DNA of 48,527 nt from an uncultured Anaerolineales bacterium (lineage in GTDB: Bacteria > Chloroflexota > Anaerolineae > B4-G1 > SLSP01): NCBI GenBank assembly GCA_964650935.1, contig CAZYYC010000002.1, positions 1 to 48,527 on the forward strand, read 5' to 3'. Below the pieces are notes generated by a model, which did not search any database, was not told where the DNA came from, and saw only the letters and a program-made list of their open reading frames with translations. The translations under genes and the position numbers were made by a program. The stretch's first letter is position 1. Each line of letters begins with the position of its first letter. Shown here one piece after another: positions 25,715 through 35,444 of the stretch.

Positions 25715-26563
25715 TCAGGCATGCCCGCCCGCAAAGCTGACGCCGATGTCCGCAGCGACGTTGCGGATGTGCGCGGCGGCGAGCCGATAGTCCTCATCGG
25801 TGGCGAGATGCTCCACCATCAGCGGCGTATCGGGGTCGAGTGCGGCGAGTTCGGTCAGGAGGGTGGCGTAGTCGAGGTTGCCCTCGCCGGGACGGACCTC
25901 GTCGAGGTGGGTGGTGAGGCGTACGTCGAGTCGGGTGTCTTTGGCGTGACAGCTGCGGATGTGGGGGCCGAGCTTGGCGAACCATTCGCGGATCAAGGCG
26001 GCGTTGTCAAAGTAACGCTCGGGGCTGTTGATGACGTTGACCATGTCGATGTGCACGCCGAAGTGAGGATGGTCGATGGCCTGGAGCAGGGCGAGGTAGC
26101 TGTCGGCGGTGTGGGGATACATCCAGGGCATCGGCTCGAGGCTGTAGAAGGTGCGAGAAGGGTTGACGGCGCGGAGGATCGTGCGCACGGTGTCGACGAT
26201 GCGGTCGAAGGTGGCAGGCGTGAGGTTGTCGGGGTGAGGTCCGTCCCAAGGTTGACCGCAGGATCCGGCGATGTTGACGCAGCAGCGGGCGCCGATGTCG
26301 TCGGCGAGGGCGAGCTGAGTCTGGCAGGTGGCAATGGCCGCCCGGCGCTCGTCGGGATCGGCACTGAGCGGGTTACTCCATGCGCCGACCTCGGCGATGA
26401 TGATGTCCGCATCGCGCGCCGCCGCGACGTAGGCGCGACGGGTGGCCTCGTCGGCATCGGCGGAGATGGGGCAATAGGCTGCTGTGTAGCCCTGAGCTTG
26501 CAGGGCGGCGATCCAGGACGCCGGCGTGAGGGGCTCAGCGTGGATAGGGGCTCCGAGTCTCAT
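25715..26563 (-). CDS. Sugar phosphate isomerase/epimerase family protein (xylose-isomerase-like TIM barrel)
   Basis: 282 aa. ...IAEVGAWSNPLS...CCVNIAGS...FYSLEPMPW...HFGVHIDMVN...CHAKD pattern. AAAGGA Shine-Dalgarno. Confidence 0.7.
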   Translation of the reverse strand: MRLGAPIHAEPLTPASWIAALQAQGYTAAYCPISADADEATRRAYVAAARDADIIIAEVGAWSNPLSADPDERRAAIATCQTQLALADDIGARCCVNIAGSCGQPWDGPHPDNLTPATFDRIVDTVRTILRAVNPSRTFYSLEPMPWMYPHTADSYLALLQAIDHPHFGVHIDMVNVINSPERYFDNAALIREWFAKLGPHIRSCHAKDTRLDVRLTTHLDEVRPGEGNLDYATLLTELAALDPDTPLMVEHLATDEDYRLAAAHIRNVAADIGVSFAGGHA

Positions 26564-26633
26564 CGTGAAGGTCCTTTCGGTAAGTCACTTATGATCAGAC
26601 ATGGGCAGCGCGTCAAAGCAAAACGACCGCACG

Positions 26634-28118
26634 TCACGCCGACCTCTGCTTGTTGGTGATGGCTTGGGTGTAGGCCTCGACGTAGGCGTGAGCGCTCTTC
26701 TGCCACGAGAAGTCTAGGGTCATGGCCTTGCGGCGCATCTTGGCGATGTGGTGAGGGCGGTCATACCAGGTGCTGACGGCCCATCCGATGGTACCGTGGA
26801 CGGCCTGCGGTGCCAGGGCATCGAACTTGAACCCGGTGCCGCTGCCGGTGCGCTCATCGTATTGGGTGACGGTGTCGGCCAGGCCACCCGTGTTCCTGAC
26901 GATGGGCAGGGTGCCGTAGCGCAGGGAGTAGATCTGGTTGAGGCCGCAGGGCTCATAGCGTGAGGGCATGGCAAAGAAGTCGGCGCCGGCCTCGATCCAG
27001 TGGGCGAGCCCATTGTCATAGCCGATGTGCACGCCGACACGACCGGGATACCGTTGAGCCAGCCGGGCGTAGAAAGTCTCAAGATCAGGATCTCCGGAGC
27101 CCAGGATGGCGAACTGAACCACCATATCAGCCAGGACAGGCTCGATGGCGGCAGCGAGGACGTCGAGACCCTTCTGGTGAGCGAAGCGGCTGACGACGCC
27201 GACAATCGGCAGAGTCGGGTCGACGTCGAGGCCGAGGCGGCGCTGGAGAGCCTCCTTGCATATGGCCTTGCCGCGGAGATCGCGACGGGTGTAGGTGGCG
27301 GGGATGAGCGGGTCGGTCTCCGGATCCCAGGCGCTGTAGTCGACACCGTTCAAGATGCCGAGGTAATCGTCGCGCCGGTCATTGAGGTAGGGAGCAAGCC
27401 CATGAGCGTACTCGGGCGTGCGCGTCTCCTGCGCGTAGGTCGGACTGACGGTGGTGACCAGGTCAGCGTAGTGAATCCCCCCCTTGAGGAAGTTGATCCG
27501 ACCGTGGTCTTCGAGTTTGCCCGAGGTGAAGTTGCCCCACTGAAGGCCGAGGTAGGGATAGTGGTCCGCGGGATAGACGCCCTGATAGCCGATATTGTGG
27601 ATGGTGAGGACGCTCGCGGCGGGACCGAGGACGGCATCGTTCCAATGCCAGATCTTGAGATAGGCGGGAGCGAGGGCGGTCTGCCAGTCGTGCGCGTGGA
27701 TGATATGGGGAGCAAAGGGCAGATCGCGGCAGAGTTGGAGCGCCGCGCGGGTAAGGAAGGCGAAGCGGCGGGGGTTGTCGAGGTAGTCATTGAGGGCGTC
27801 GTCATGATAGAGGCCGGGGCGTGCGAAGTACTTGTCCGATTCGATCAGGTAGATAGGCACGTCGCCTTGGGTCTCGGTTGTGTAGACGGCGCACCATTCC
27901 TCCGTGTCACCCATCCAGACGCCGAGAGGTTGGATGAGAGGACGTAGGGGATGGGCCGGCGTATCTATGGCGCCGTACTTCGGCAGGACGACGCGAACGT
28001 CGTGACCGAGGGCGCTCAAGGCTTGGGGTAGCGCGCCGACCACGTCGGCGAGGCCGCCGGTCTTGACGAACGGAACGGCTTCAGAGGCGACCATGACGAT
28101 GCGGAGTGGTGTCTGCAT
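26634..28118 (-). CDS. glgA: Glycogen (starch) synthase, GT5
   Basis: N-terminus LRIVMVASEAVPFVKTGGLADVVGALPQAL contains the KTGGL motif. The remainder (HAHDWQTA..., PSRYEPCGLNQIYSLRYGT) matches GlgA over its full length of 494 aa. Confidence 0.92.
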   Translation of the reverse strand: MQTPLRIVMVASEAVPFVKTGGLADVVGALPQALSALGHDVRVVLPKYGAIDTPAHPLRPLIQPLGVWMGDTEEWCAVYTTETQGDVPIYLIESDKYFARPGLYHDDALNDYLDNPRRFAFLTRAALQLCRDLPFAPHIIHAHDWQTALAPAYLKIWHWNDAVLGPAASVLTIHNIGYQGVYPADHYPYLGLQWGNFTSGKLEDHGRINFLKGGIHYADLVTTVSPTYAQETRTPEYAHGLAPYLNDRRDDYLGILNGVDYSAWDPETDPLIPATYTRRDLRGKAICKEALQRRLGLDVDPTLPIVGVVSRFAHQKGLDVLAAAIEPVLADMVVQFAILGSGDPDLETFYARLAQRYPGRVGVHIGYDNGLAHWIEAGADFFAMPSRYEPCGLNQIYSLRYGTLPIVRNTGGLADTVTQYDERTGSGTGFKFDALAPQAVHGTIGWAVSTWYDRPHHIAKMRRKAMTLDFSWQKSAHAYVEAYTQAITNKQRSA

Positions 28119-28211
28119 AGCTATGCGCCTTTCAGATCCGGACCCTTCCGAGATTTCCGATCAGTCGTTAGGTCGGGAGGGGGATCGCGATGGTCCCAGT
28201 TGGGAAATATG

Positions 28212-28243
28212 GGGCTTTGAGCGCTTCTGTGAGCTCAAAGCCC
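28212..28243 (-). terminator. Intrinsic-terminator-like hairpin after the oxidoreductase gene
   Basis: gggctttgagc (28212-28222) pairs with gctcaaagccc (28233-28243): 11 bp perfect with a 10-nt loop. It begins 12 nt after the stop at 28255. On the minus strand it is followed by CAUAUUUCCC. Confidence 0.55.
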
Positions 28244-28254
28244 TGGATGTCACG

Positions 28255-29358
28255 CTAGATATCGATAGCTGCAGACGTCGAGAGTTCCCGGACCTCGTCA
28301 GCGGTCACCTCTCGCCCAAGCTTCTCGGAGAGGTAGATACCCTCTGAGATCAGCATCGTGTTCAAGGCGATCTCGGCGGTGGGCAGCAGGTCAACCCGTC
28401 CCTGCAGGGCGGCAATCCAGTGGTGCTGTGGGCTGTCGTAGACGTCCCCCTGATCGTGGACGTTGTGGAGACGGTAGCTGAACTGATCCAGGTCGCCGGT
28501 GGCATCGAGGGCGAGATCGCCATCGTTGCGGAAAAAGCCGAAGGGATCGAGCTTGACGCCGCCCTCGGATCCGACGACGTAGGAACTTCCCAGGGTATCA
28601 AGATGGATCGCCCACGCCTCGATGATATCAAAACCAATGTTGTTCTCGAGGCGAGCGAAGCCCATACCCAGTTCCTCGACACTGTAGTTGCTCATCTCGC
28701 GGCGGCGTGGGTCAATGGCCGTCTCCTGATAGGTCTTTCCGGTGATCCGCTCCACCTTCGGGTTGCCGAGGAGGTAGAGGATGGTCGCGATATGATAGAC
28801 GCCCATATCGAAGAAGGCCCCACCGGCGGCAATGGATTTGTCCACGAACTCCTTGCGCCCGTAGCCATCGACAAAGGGGCGCCCCCGGCGGCGATGCCCT
28901 GCGGATCGGGCGTGGTAGATCTTGCCGAGGCGGCCCGCGTCGATGAGGGCCTTGGCGGCCTTGGTCTCAGGGGCGAAGAGGTTGGCAATCTGGATGGAGA
29001 GATGGAGGTCGAGCTCGCGAGCGGTGTTGAGCATCGTGAGGGCATCCACATAGGTGCCCGCCATCGGCTTCTCGCAGTAAACATGACAGCCGGCGCGGAG
29101 GGCCGCTAGGGTGCCTGCCATATGGAGATTGTTGTGAAGACAGATGTCGACGGCATCGAGGTGCTCGTTCTTGAGCATAGTGTAGCCGTTCGTGTAGACC
29201 TTGGGGATGTTGAAGGTCTCGGCAACGCGTTGACCTTCGGGCACGTCGATATCGGCAAGCGCGACGATCTCGACATCGGGAATCTGTTGATAGCGGCGGA
29301 GATGGGCTTTGCCGATCAGGCCGACGCCGATGATGCCGATACGGATCTTGCTGGTCAT
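28255..29358 (-). CDS. Gfo/Idh/MocA-family NAD(P)-dependent oxidoreductase
   Basis: [19 protein letters not shown] Rossmann N-terminus, EKPMA motif, 367 aa. AAAGGAG Shine-Dalgarno. Confidence 0.85.
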   Translation of the reverse strand: MTSKIRIGIIGVGLIGKAHLRRYQQIPDVEIVALADIDVPEGQRVAETFNIPKVYTNGYTMLKNEHLDAVDICLHNNLHMAGTLAALRAGCHVYCEKPMAGTYVDALTMLNTARELDLHLSIQIANLFAPETKAAKALIDAGRLGKIYHARSAGHRRRGRPFVDGYGRKEFVDKSIAAGGAFFDMGVYHIATILYLLGNPKVERITGKTYQETAIDPRRREMSNYSVEELGMGFARLENNIGFDIIEAWAIHLDTLGSSYVVGSEGGVKLDPFGFFRNDGDLALDATGDLDQFSYRLHNVHDQGDVYDSPQHHWIAALQGRVDLLPTAEIALNTMLISEGIYLSEKLGREVTADEVRELSTSAAIDI

Positions 29359-29418
29359 CCGGGGCTCCTTTCTGCGCTAGGGTCGATGGAAAAGGACGTC
29401 AGGGACAGAGAGATACAG

Positions 29419-29467
29419 CCTTCCGGGCTGTCGACCCGAGCAGATGCGGGCCCGACAACCCGGAAGG
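29419..29467 (-). terminator. Compound hairpin after the FtsX-permease gene; shares its arm sequence with the 10251-10291 hairpin
   Basis: ccttccggg (29419-29427) pairs with cccggaagg (29459-29467). An inner imperfect stem (gtcgacccg / cgggcccgac) lies inside. It sits 27 nt downstream of the stop at 29494. Confidence 0.4.
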
Positions 29468-29493
29468 AGAGACCACCCGGTGGAGACGTAGGG

Positions 29494-32331
29494 CTAGCCA
29501 AAGACGCCTTTGAGCAAGCTGAAAGCGCGCCTGGAGAGGGCTCGACTGATGACGGCGACCTCGAGCGTCACGATCACGGCGACGAAGATGGAGACGAGGT
29601 AGCGGACCTGATTCTCGGCGATGATGGGAATCAGGGGTGGGAGCGGGACGCCTTGCTGGCCCGTGAAGCGAAAGAGGGGGACGAAGAGATTGGAGGCGAA
29701 GGCGCCGATGAAGGCGCCGGCAATAGCCCCATAGGCCGTCAGGAAGGCGTATTCCATCACGACCTGAGCCGTGATCTGGCGACGGAGCATGCCGATGGCG
29801 CGTAGGATGGTGAAACGCTCAAGGCGCTCGCGGAGGGAGGCATAGGTGTAGATCAGGAGGCCCATCAGGGCCATGACGACCGCGGCGAGGAAGCCGATCG
29901 TGAGGGTGCCGAAGACGCCGACGCGCTCGAACTTGGCCTGCTCGGTGCGGATGTTATTGATGGCGTCGCCGCCGCGGCTGGTGGCGATATTGAGAACCGA
30001 GGGAATGGCGGCGAGCACCTCTCGCGGATCGGTGGTGCCGTCGACGCGAGCCCAGACACCGTGCGGGACGGGCATACCGACGAAGAAGTTGAGGTGATCG
30101 AGGTTGCCGATGATCGTGGGCTGCTCCTCCTCATAGACGGTGGGGAAGTAGTCGTAGGTGCCGACGACGACGAAGCTATCGGTGATATGGAATTCGTAGT
30201 TGACAGCGATGCCGATATTGATCGTGTCGCCGATAAAGAACTCGTTCTCGTCGAAAAGCTCCTGGGAGATGAGGACGGCATTGGAGTTGGCGGCGAGACG
30301 GTTCATCAGGGCACCGAGTGACTCGTCCGCGAAGTCATTGCGGAACCAAGCGACCTGAGGGAAGGTCAGGCGGTCGATGGCCATAAAACGACCGCGCACG
30401 TTTCCGGTATTCATCATCCGGGTCGTCATAGGATAGCTACCCACGGGCGTAGCCGCGGCGATGCCGGGCACATCCATGAAGTTCCCGGGCTGTGGGATCC
30501 ATTCGCCGGTGATGACGGTGGTGGGGGAGGTGCCGTCGGCTGAGAGCGGCATAACATTGAAGGCTAAGTCGGCTCCGGTCTCGTAGTAGATGCGATCGAC
30601 CAACCATTGGTCGAGGCTGGCTGCCATCGACAGCATGTAGACGCCGAGGGCCAGCGAGACGATGACGAGCAGGAGAGGATTGATGTAGGTGTGGCTGCGG
30701 CGACCCAGCTGGCGCAGAGCCAGGTGGGGTGTCGCCCAGGGGATGAGGTTGGCGATGAAGTCAAGGGCACGCATGATGAAGGGGAAGAGGCGGAGCGTCA
30801 TCAGCGAAGCGGTGAGAATGAAAAGGGCCGGGACGAGGATAAGGAGCGGGTCCTGGTAGAGATCGGCGGGGGAGGTGGTGATGAGCGCTGACAGGGAGCC
30901 ATGGCGCGAGACCTGCTGGTAGGCATAGTAGGTCGGGATGAGGAGCAGGAAGTCAAGATAGGCACGGTACCAGAAGGGGCCCTTCGAGGGGCGGGATCGG
31001 GAACGATCCACCTCCACGGCACTGAGGCGCGTCGCCCGGGCCGCCGGCACCATCCGCGAGATCAGCGCGACCAGCAGGGCGACGAGCGTGACCGGGACGT
31101 TGAGGCCCCGGAGTGCAACCGGCAGCGGCGCGCGACTGGTGAAATTGAGGAAGCTGGAGGTGTTGCCCATCACGCGTGCGAGAATCATCCCGAGCCCGAT
31201 ACCCAGGGGATAGCCAAAGAGGAAGAGAATGAGCTCCTCAAAGAGCGTGAGCGTGAGGATGCTGGTGGGACGCATACCGCGACCGACGAGCATCGCCGTC
31301 TCGCGTTGCTGCCACTGTGCGATGATAGCGGAGGAGAGGACCAGGAAGTAGAGGAGGAAGCCGAAGGAGGGGAGGTTGAAGGAGAGCAGGATCGCGGTGA
31401 GTGTGTCGCCGCGGGTCACAAAGGACTCCAGAGGACCAAGCGGTGGTGTGTTGATCCTCGCCCTGGGCAGATAGCGATTGATGACGACCTGGGCGCGGGA
31501 GAAACCGCGGAGGTACTCCTGAGCGAGCTCGGGATAGACGTGCGCATCGTCTAGAATAATGTGCCAGGCCACATACCAGCTGCGTGAGGGGACGAGGGGC
31601 TGGATGCGGCCAATGTAGTCGTCGCGCCGGACCAGCAGGACGTTCTGCAGGGTGGCGTCGGGGTTCTCAAACCAGTAGGTGCTGGAGGGATCCTCTGCTT
31701 GCCAGATGCCGACGATTCGGATGGGCGTCCCTGCCGATCGCACGTTGATGCCGATGGCGAGTTCATCGCCGACATTGATCCCCATCTTCTCGGCAAGGCG
31801 TGTATGCATCCACACATCAAGCACATCGCCTGAGGTGGTAGCGGGATCTAGTGGACCACCTTCGATGATGCGCATATGCTCGGAGACATTCTCGACGTAG
31901 GCGATGTCGACCGAACCCAGGAAGTCACCGGCAGCGTATTGAGTCTCGCCCTCGGGGGGCTGGAGCATCATATTGCCGCTGTGGATCTGCATCCTGAGAT
32001 GCTCAACGGGTAGGCCGACCTCTGCCGACAGCGTACTGGCGACGTTCTGAGAGAGTTCCTCACCCAGAGCGACTGAAATCGGGCTCTCAGATGTGGGGAA
32101 AGTGTAGACGCTCGTGGAAAAGGGCGGACGGCCCGTCATGCGGCTGAACTCGGCGAGCTCCTGGTCGAGGATGACCTGGTCGACAGCCTGGGCGAAGAAG
32201 GCGGCGTTGCTGACGAGTCCGACGGCGAGAATGACACCGAGAAGCGCAAGGAATGTGAGTCCGGGATGGTGAACTAACCGCTCGATGGCAAATTGGATCA
32301 CCCCGGCAATTCTGTATATCAGCTTGAGCAT
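29494..32331 (-). CDS. Large ABC-type permease with two FtsX/MacB-like domains (945 aa)
   Basis: N-terminal TM, then large external domains alternating with two 4-helix FtsX-like bundles (around aa 310-440 and aa 820-945). This is the typical FtsX-like permease family layout. No ATPase gene is adjacent. Confidence 0.75.
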   Translation of the reverse strand: MLKLIYRIAGVIQFAIERLVHHPGLTFLALLGVILAVGLVSNAAFFAQAVDQVILDQELAEFSRMTGRPPFSTSVYTFPTSESPISVALGEELSQNVASTLSAEVGLPVEHLRMQIHSGNMMLQPPEGETQYAAGDFLGSVDIAYVENVSEHMRIIEGGPLDPATTSGDVLDVWMHTRLAEKMGINVGDELAIGINVRSAGTPIRIVGIWQAEDPSSTYWFENPDATLQNVLLVRRDDYIGRIQPLVPSRSWYVAWHIILDDAHVYPELAQEYLRGFSRAQVVINRYLPRARINTPPLGPLESFVTRGDTLTAILLSFNLPSFGFLLYFLVLSSAIIAQWQQRETAMLVGRGMRPTSILTLTLFEELILFLFGYPLGIGLGMILARVMGNTSSFLNFTSRAPLPVALRGLNVPVTLVALLVALISRMVPAARATRLSAVEVDRSRSRPSKGPFWYRAYLDFLLLIPTYYAYQQVSRHGSLSALITTSPADLYQDPLLILVPALFILTASLMTLRLFPFIMRALDFIANLIPWATPHLALRQLGRRSHTYINPLLLVIVSLALGVYMLSMAASLDQWLVDRIYYETGADLAFNVMPLSADGTSPTTVITGEWIPQPGNFMDVPGIAAATPVGSYPMTTRMMNTGNVRGRFMAIDRLTFPQVAWFRNDFADESLGALMNRLAANSNAVLISQELFDENEFFIGDTINIGIAVNYEFHITDSFVVVGTYDYFPTVYEEEQPTIIGNLDHLNFFVGMPVPHGVWARVDGTTDPREVLAAIPSVLNIATSRGGDAINNIRTEQAKFERVGVFGTLTIGFLAAVVMALMGLLIYTYASLRERLERFTILRAIGMLRRQITAQVVMEYAFLTAYGAIAGAFIGAFASNLFVPLFRFTGQQGVPLPPLIPIIAENQVRYLVSIFVAVIVTLEVAVISRALSRRAFSLLKGVFG

Positions 32332-32415
32332 AGTTGATTACCTGTGTCTGAGTCCTTTGGATGCACTATGAAGGATTGTAACAACAAGATTCCGTGTAGT
32401 ATAGCAGGGGCTGGT

Positions 32416-32442
32416 GATCCGACAACCGACTGAGGTCGGATC
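32416..32442 (-). terminator. Hairpin abutting the MFS stop codon
   Basis: gatccgac (32416-32423) pairs with gtcggatc (32435-32442): 8 bp with an 11-nt loop. It is followed on the minus strand by the comparatively AT-rich 32332-32400 region, which contains TATACT and TACAAT boxes upstream of the FtsX-permease start. Confidence 0.4.
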
Positions 32443-33777
32443 CTAGTTCGGCGGACCGTCGTCGGTTGATGAGCGTCTTCCTAGGTGAAGGTTCGGCCAG
32501 GGCCGATCCAGCCGGCTGTAGATGGCGCCTGCGACGAGGCGAAAGGTCGCCGATAGGAAGAACACGCCCGGCATGCCGATCCGGTCAGCGAGGGCGACGC
32601 CCACAAGCGGCCCCATAAAGGCAGCGACGTTAACCAGGATCGCGTAGATCGCGATGTAGGTGGGGCGTCGATCCGGCGGTGAGACGCGCAGCAGGATATT
32701 GTAGCGCGACAGCATCACGGCGGCGCTGACGAAGTTGGGGATGACGACGATGAGAAAGTTGATCGTCAACGACTGACTGAGCCCTGTGAGCAACGGGTAA
32801 AGGGCCATCAAGGGGGTGGTCAGGGCGATGATCTTGGCCTCTCCACGTCGTTCGACCTGGCGGGGCCAGAAGCGGTAGGCGATGATCGAGGCGATGCTCG
32901 CCAGTGTTGTCCGCCAGCCGATCCAGCTGTCCGTTGCGCCCAGGGTCTCGATGAAGTAGATCGTGAAGAGAGGCGAGGCCAGAGAGATGGCCCACTGGTA
33001 GGCGAAGGTACCCAGAACGATGACCGAGAACTCGCGCGAGCCACTGATGATCTCGCGGATCTCCCGAAGGTTCGGGGCGCTGGGCTTCTTGGCCGGCGCC
33101 GGGGGCTGGTGGAGGTCGATGCGGTTGACGTGCCAGGTGCTGACCGCCGCGCCGACGAAGGCGACCAGGAAGATGACCTGGTAGTTGAACGGAAAGGTGG
33201 CCCAATCGAGGAAACTGCCCATCAACGGGACGATGGAGAGCGTGATCAGATGCGTCATCGTGTTGCGCATGCCCACGACGCGCGCCCGCTGCTGCTCGGG
33301 CACGATGGCGGCGAAGAAGGTATCCCAGCCTGCTGAGGAGAGGATCGTGGGGATGCCCATCAAAATCACGAGCCAGACGAGCAGCGTCGCCTGGGGGATC
33401 TGACGGAGCAACGGCAGGCGACCGAGCCAGGGGAGCAGGAAGATCAGCAGGTAGAGACAGCGTCCGGCAGCGAGGCTCTTGACGATCAGTGACTTCCGAT
33501 CGGGCGAGCGCTCGATCATCTGAGCCGCCGGAATGCGCAACAGAACCATGAGCAGCGCCGGGATCGAGGCGCTCAATCCGATGAGCTGGTTCGATGCTCC
33601 CAAGCGAATGGCGTAGACGTTGATATAGGTGCTCGCCGCGGAGGCCAGCCCCAACCAGAAGAGGTCCTGATAGAGGTGCCAGATGTTGCGTTGCCGGACG
33701 TGCTGGGGATCCGGGCCCCGGAAGAAGGGCACGAAGGTGCCCGCGATCCACCAGCGAAGTCCCTTTAGAAGACTCAC
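32443..33777 (-). CDS. MFS transporter
   Basis: 444 aa with about 12 hydrophobic segments. GTG start at 33777, 24 nt after the SDR stop. It is the last gene of the oxidoreductase operon. Confidence 0.8.
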   Translation of the reverse strand: MSLLKGLRWWIAGTFVPFFRGPDPQHVRQRNIWHLYQDLFWLGLASAASTYINVYAIRLGASNQLIGLSASIPALLMVLLRIPAAQMIERSPDRKSLIVKSLAAGRCLYLLIFLLPWLGRLPLLRQIPQATLLVWLVILMGIPTILSSAGWDTFFAAIVPEQQRARVVGMRNTMTHLITLSIVPLMGSFLDWATFPFNYQVIFLVAFVGAAVSTWHVNRIDLHQPPAPAKKPSAPNLREIREIISGSREFSVIVLGTFAYQWAISLASPLFTIYFIETLGATDSWIGWRTTLASIASIIAYRFWPRQVERRGEAKIIALTTPLMALYPLLTGLSQSLTINFLIVVIPNFVSAAVMLSRYNILLRVSPPDRRPTYIAIYAILVNVAAFMGPLVGVALADRIGMPGVFFLSATFRLVAGAIYSRLDRPWPNLHLGRRSSTDDGPPN

Positions 33778-33801
33778 GATCGGTCTAGTGATCCTTCCTT
33801 A

Positions 33802-34581
33802 TCACCAAATGGTGTATCCGCCATCGACCACCAAGGTTGACCCGGTCATGTAGCTGGAAGCCGGCGAGGCCAGGAAGATCGCCGCCGGCGCCAGCTCCTC
33901 GGGTTCACCCGGTCGCTTCATCGGAATCGCATTGATCCAGACCCCACCCATGGCGGGGTCCTCAAAGAAGGGGCGTGCCATCGCCGTGTTCATATAGCCG
34001 GGCGCAATCGCGTTGACCCTGATATGGTAGGGGGCCCACTCCGACGCCAGGGATTTGGTGAGGTGGATGACGGCTGCCTTTGAGGCGTTGTAGGAGGCCT
34101 GGGCCTGCGGGACGTTGACGATGAGCCCGGACATCGAGGCGATGTTGATGATGCTGCCCTGCCGGCGCTCGATCATGTGGCGCCCGACAGCTTGGCAGCA
34201 GAAGAAGACGCCGGTCACATTGACGTCGAGCACGCGGCGCCAGTCCTCAGGCTGTACGTCCTCGGCCTCCAGGTGTTGTACGATCCCGGCGTTGTTCATC
34301 AGGAAGTCGATCTTGCCGAAGGTGCTCAAGGCCGTGTCCACCATCGCCTGTACGCTGGACCGGTCGCTGACGTCCGTCGGGACGAACAGCGACCGGCGGC
34401 CCATATCTGCGATCTCGGCGGCGGTCTCGGGCCCGGTCTCCGGATTGATCTCGGCAACGACGATGTCGGCCCCGGCCTCGGCAAAGGCACGGCAGAAGGT
34501 CTTGCCGAGTCCCTGGCCTCCGCCGGTGACGATGCCGACCCGGCCGGCGAGCGAGAACGAATCCAGGATCATCCCGTTCAC
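33802..34581 (-). CDS. SDR-family oxidoreductase (classical short-chain dehydrogenase)
   Basis: VTGGGQGLG (TGxxxGxG), NNAG, and a Ser...YNASK catalytic triad. The track start GTG 34581 abuts the upstream stop. ATG 34572 behind AGGTGA is an equally good start. Confidence 0.88.
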   Translation of the reverse strand: MNGMILDSFSLAGRVGIVTGGGQGLGKTFCRAFAEAGADIVVAEINPETGPETAAEIADMGRRSLFVPTDVSDRSSVQAMVDTALSTFGKIDFLMNNAGIVQHLEAEDVQPEDWRRVLDVNVTGVFFCCQAVGRHMIERRQGSIINIASMSGLIVNVPQAQASYNASKAAVIHLTKSLASEWAPYHIRVNAIAPGYMNTAMARPFFEDPAMGGVWINAIPMKRPGEPEELAPAAIFLASPASSYMTGSTLVVDGGYTIW

Positions 34582-35403
34582 CTAGATGAGATCCGACAGG
34601 AAGCTGATCGCCTGGCGGATGTCCGCGATCTGCTGCGGGCCGGTGATCTCGCGTTCGATGGTCAGTGCGCCACTGTAGCCCAGTCCCTTGAGCTTCTTGA
34701 TGAGCAGCGGGAAGTTGACGCGCCCCTCGCCCAAGGGCTTTTCCACACCGAGCTCGCGACCGCCGGTGGGGTACTCGCCGTCCTTGGCGTGCACGCCGCG
34801 TACGTAGCTGCCGAAGATATCGAGCGCGTCGATAGGGTTGGCCTTGCCGTACATCAGAAGGTTCGCGGGATCGAGGTTCACGCCGAGGTTGGCGTATCCC
34901 AGGTCCTCGAAGACGCGCAACATCACGACCGGTGTCTCCTGCCCCGTCTCGAACCAGAGCTCGACATCGCGCTCGCCGCAATACTCCGCCACCTCGCGCA
35001 GGGCGTCGAGCAGCGGGGGATAGAGCGGATTGGTCAGGCTTTCGGGGATGAAGCCCACGTGCGTCGTGATGCTCGGCACGCCTACCCGGACGGCGAAGTC
35101 GCAGCCCTCCTTGAGCGTGGCCACGCGTTCGGCTTGGGTTTCGAGAGGCACCAGACCGATCAGGACGGGCCCCTGGACGAAGTCCCAGATGTGCGGACCC
35201 TCCATACCGGTCCAGATGGTGGTGATCTCAATGCCGTCCTTGTCGGCAGCGGCTGCCAGGCGGTCGGCCATCTCTGCGTTGAGCAGATTGCGCTGCCAGC
35301 AGCTCACCTGACACGTGGGGAGCTCAAATTCTTTGACCTTGTTGATGGTCGCCTCGGGACCCTCCTCGAGCGGGGCCATAACCCCTAACTTCAGCTTTGT
35401 CAT
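34582..35403 (-). CDS. Sugar phosphate isomerase/epimerase family protein (xylose-isomerase-like TIM barrel)
   Basis: 273 aa. ...VPSITTHVGF...LWFETGQE...LGVNLDPANL...GVHAKD pattern. Confidence 0.75.
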   Translation of the reverse strand: MTKLKLGVMAPLEEGPEATINKVKEFELPTCQVSCWQRNLLNAEMADRLAAAADKDGIEITTIWTGMEGPHIWDFVQGPVLIGLVPLETQAERVATLKEGCDFAVRVGVPSITTHVGFIPESLTNPLYPPLLDALREVAEYCGERDVELWFETGQETPVVMLRVFEDLGYANLGVNLDPANLLMYGKANPIDALDIFGSYVRGVHAKDGEYPTGGRELGVEKPLGEGRVNFPLLIKKLKGLGYSGALTIEREITGPQQIADIRQAISFLSDLI

Positions 35404-35444
35404 TTTCGTCTCCTTAACTACAGATGCTGTGTGTTCGCGTGCTG

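Noticed and set aside
34177-35388. 403-aa plus-strand ORF, and similar long ORFs at 9113-10051 (+), 11273-12148 (+), 18592-19626 (+), 25694-26659 (+), 27000-27947 (+), 40129-41076 (+) and 41929-42783 (+)
   Set aside because: All lie antisense to genes with strong family signatures. Their translations are low-complexity and rich in Gly, Arg, Asp, Val and Ala, they lack Shine-Dalgarno sites, and they are the expected stop-poor shadow frames of GC-rich coding DNA.
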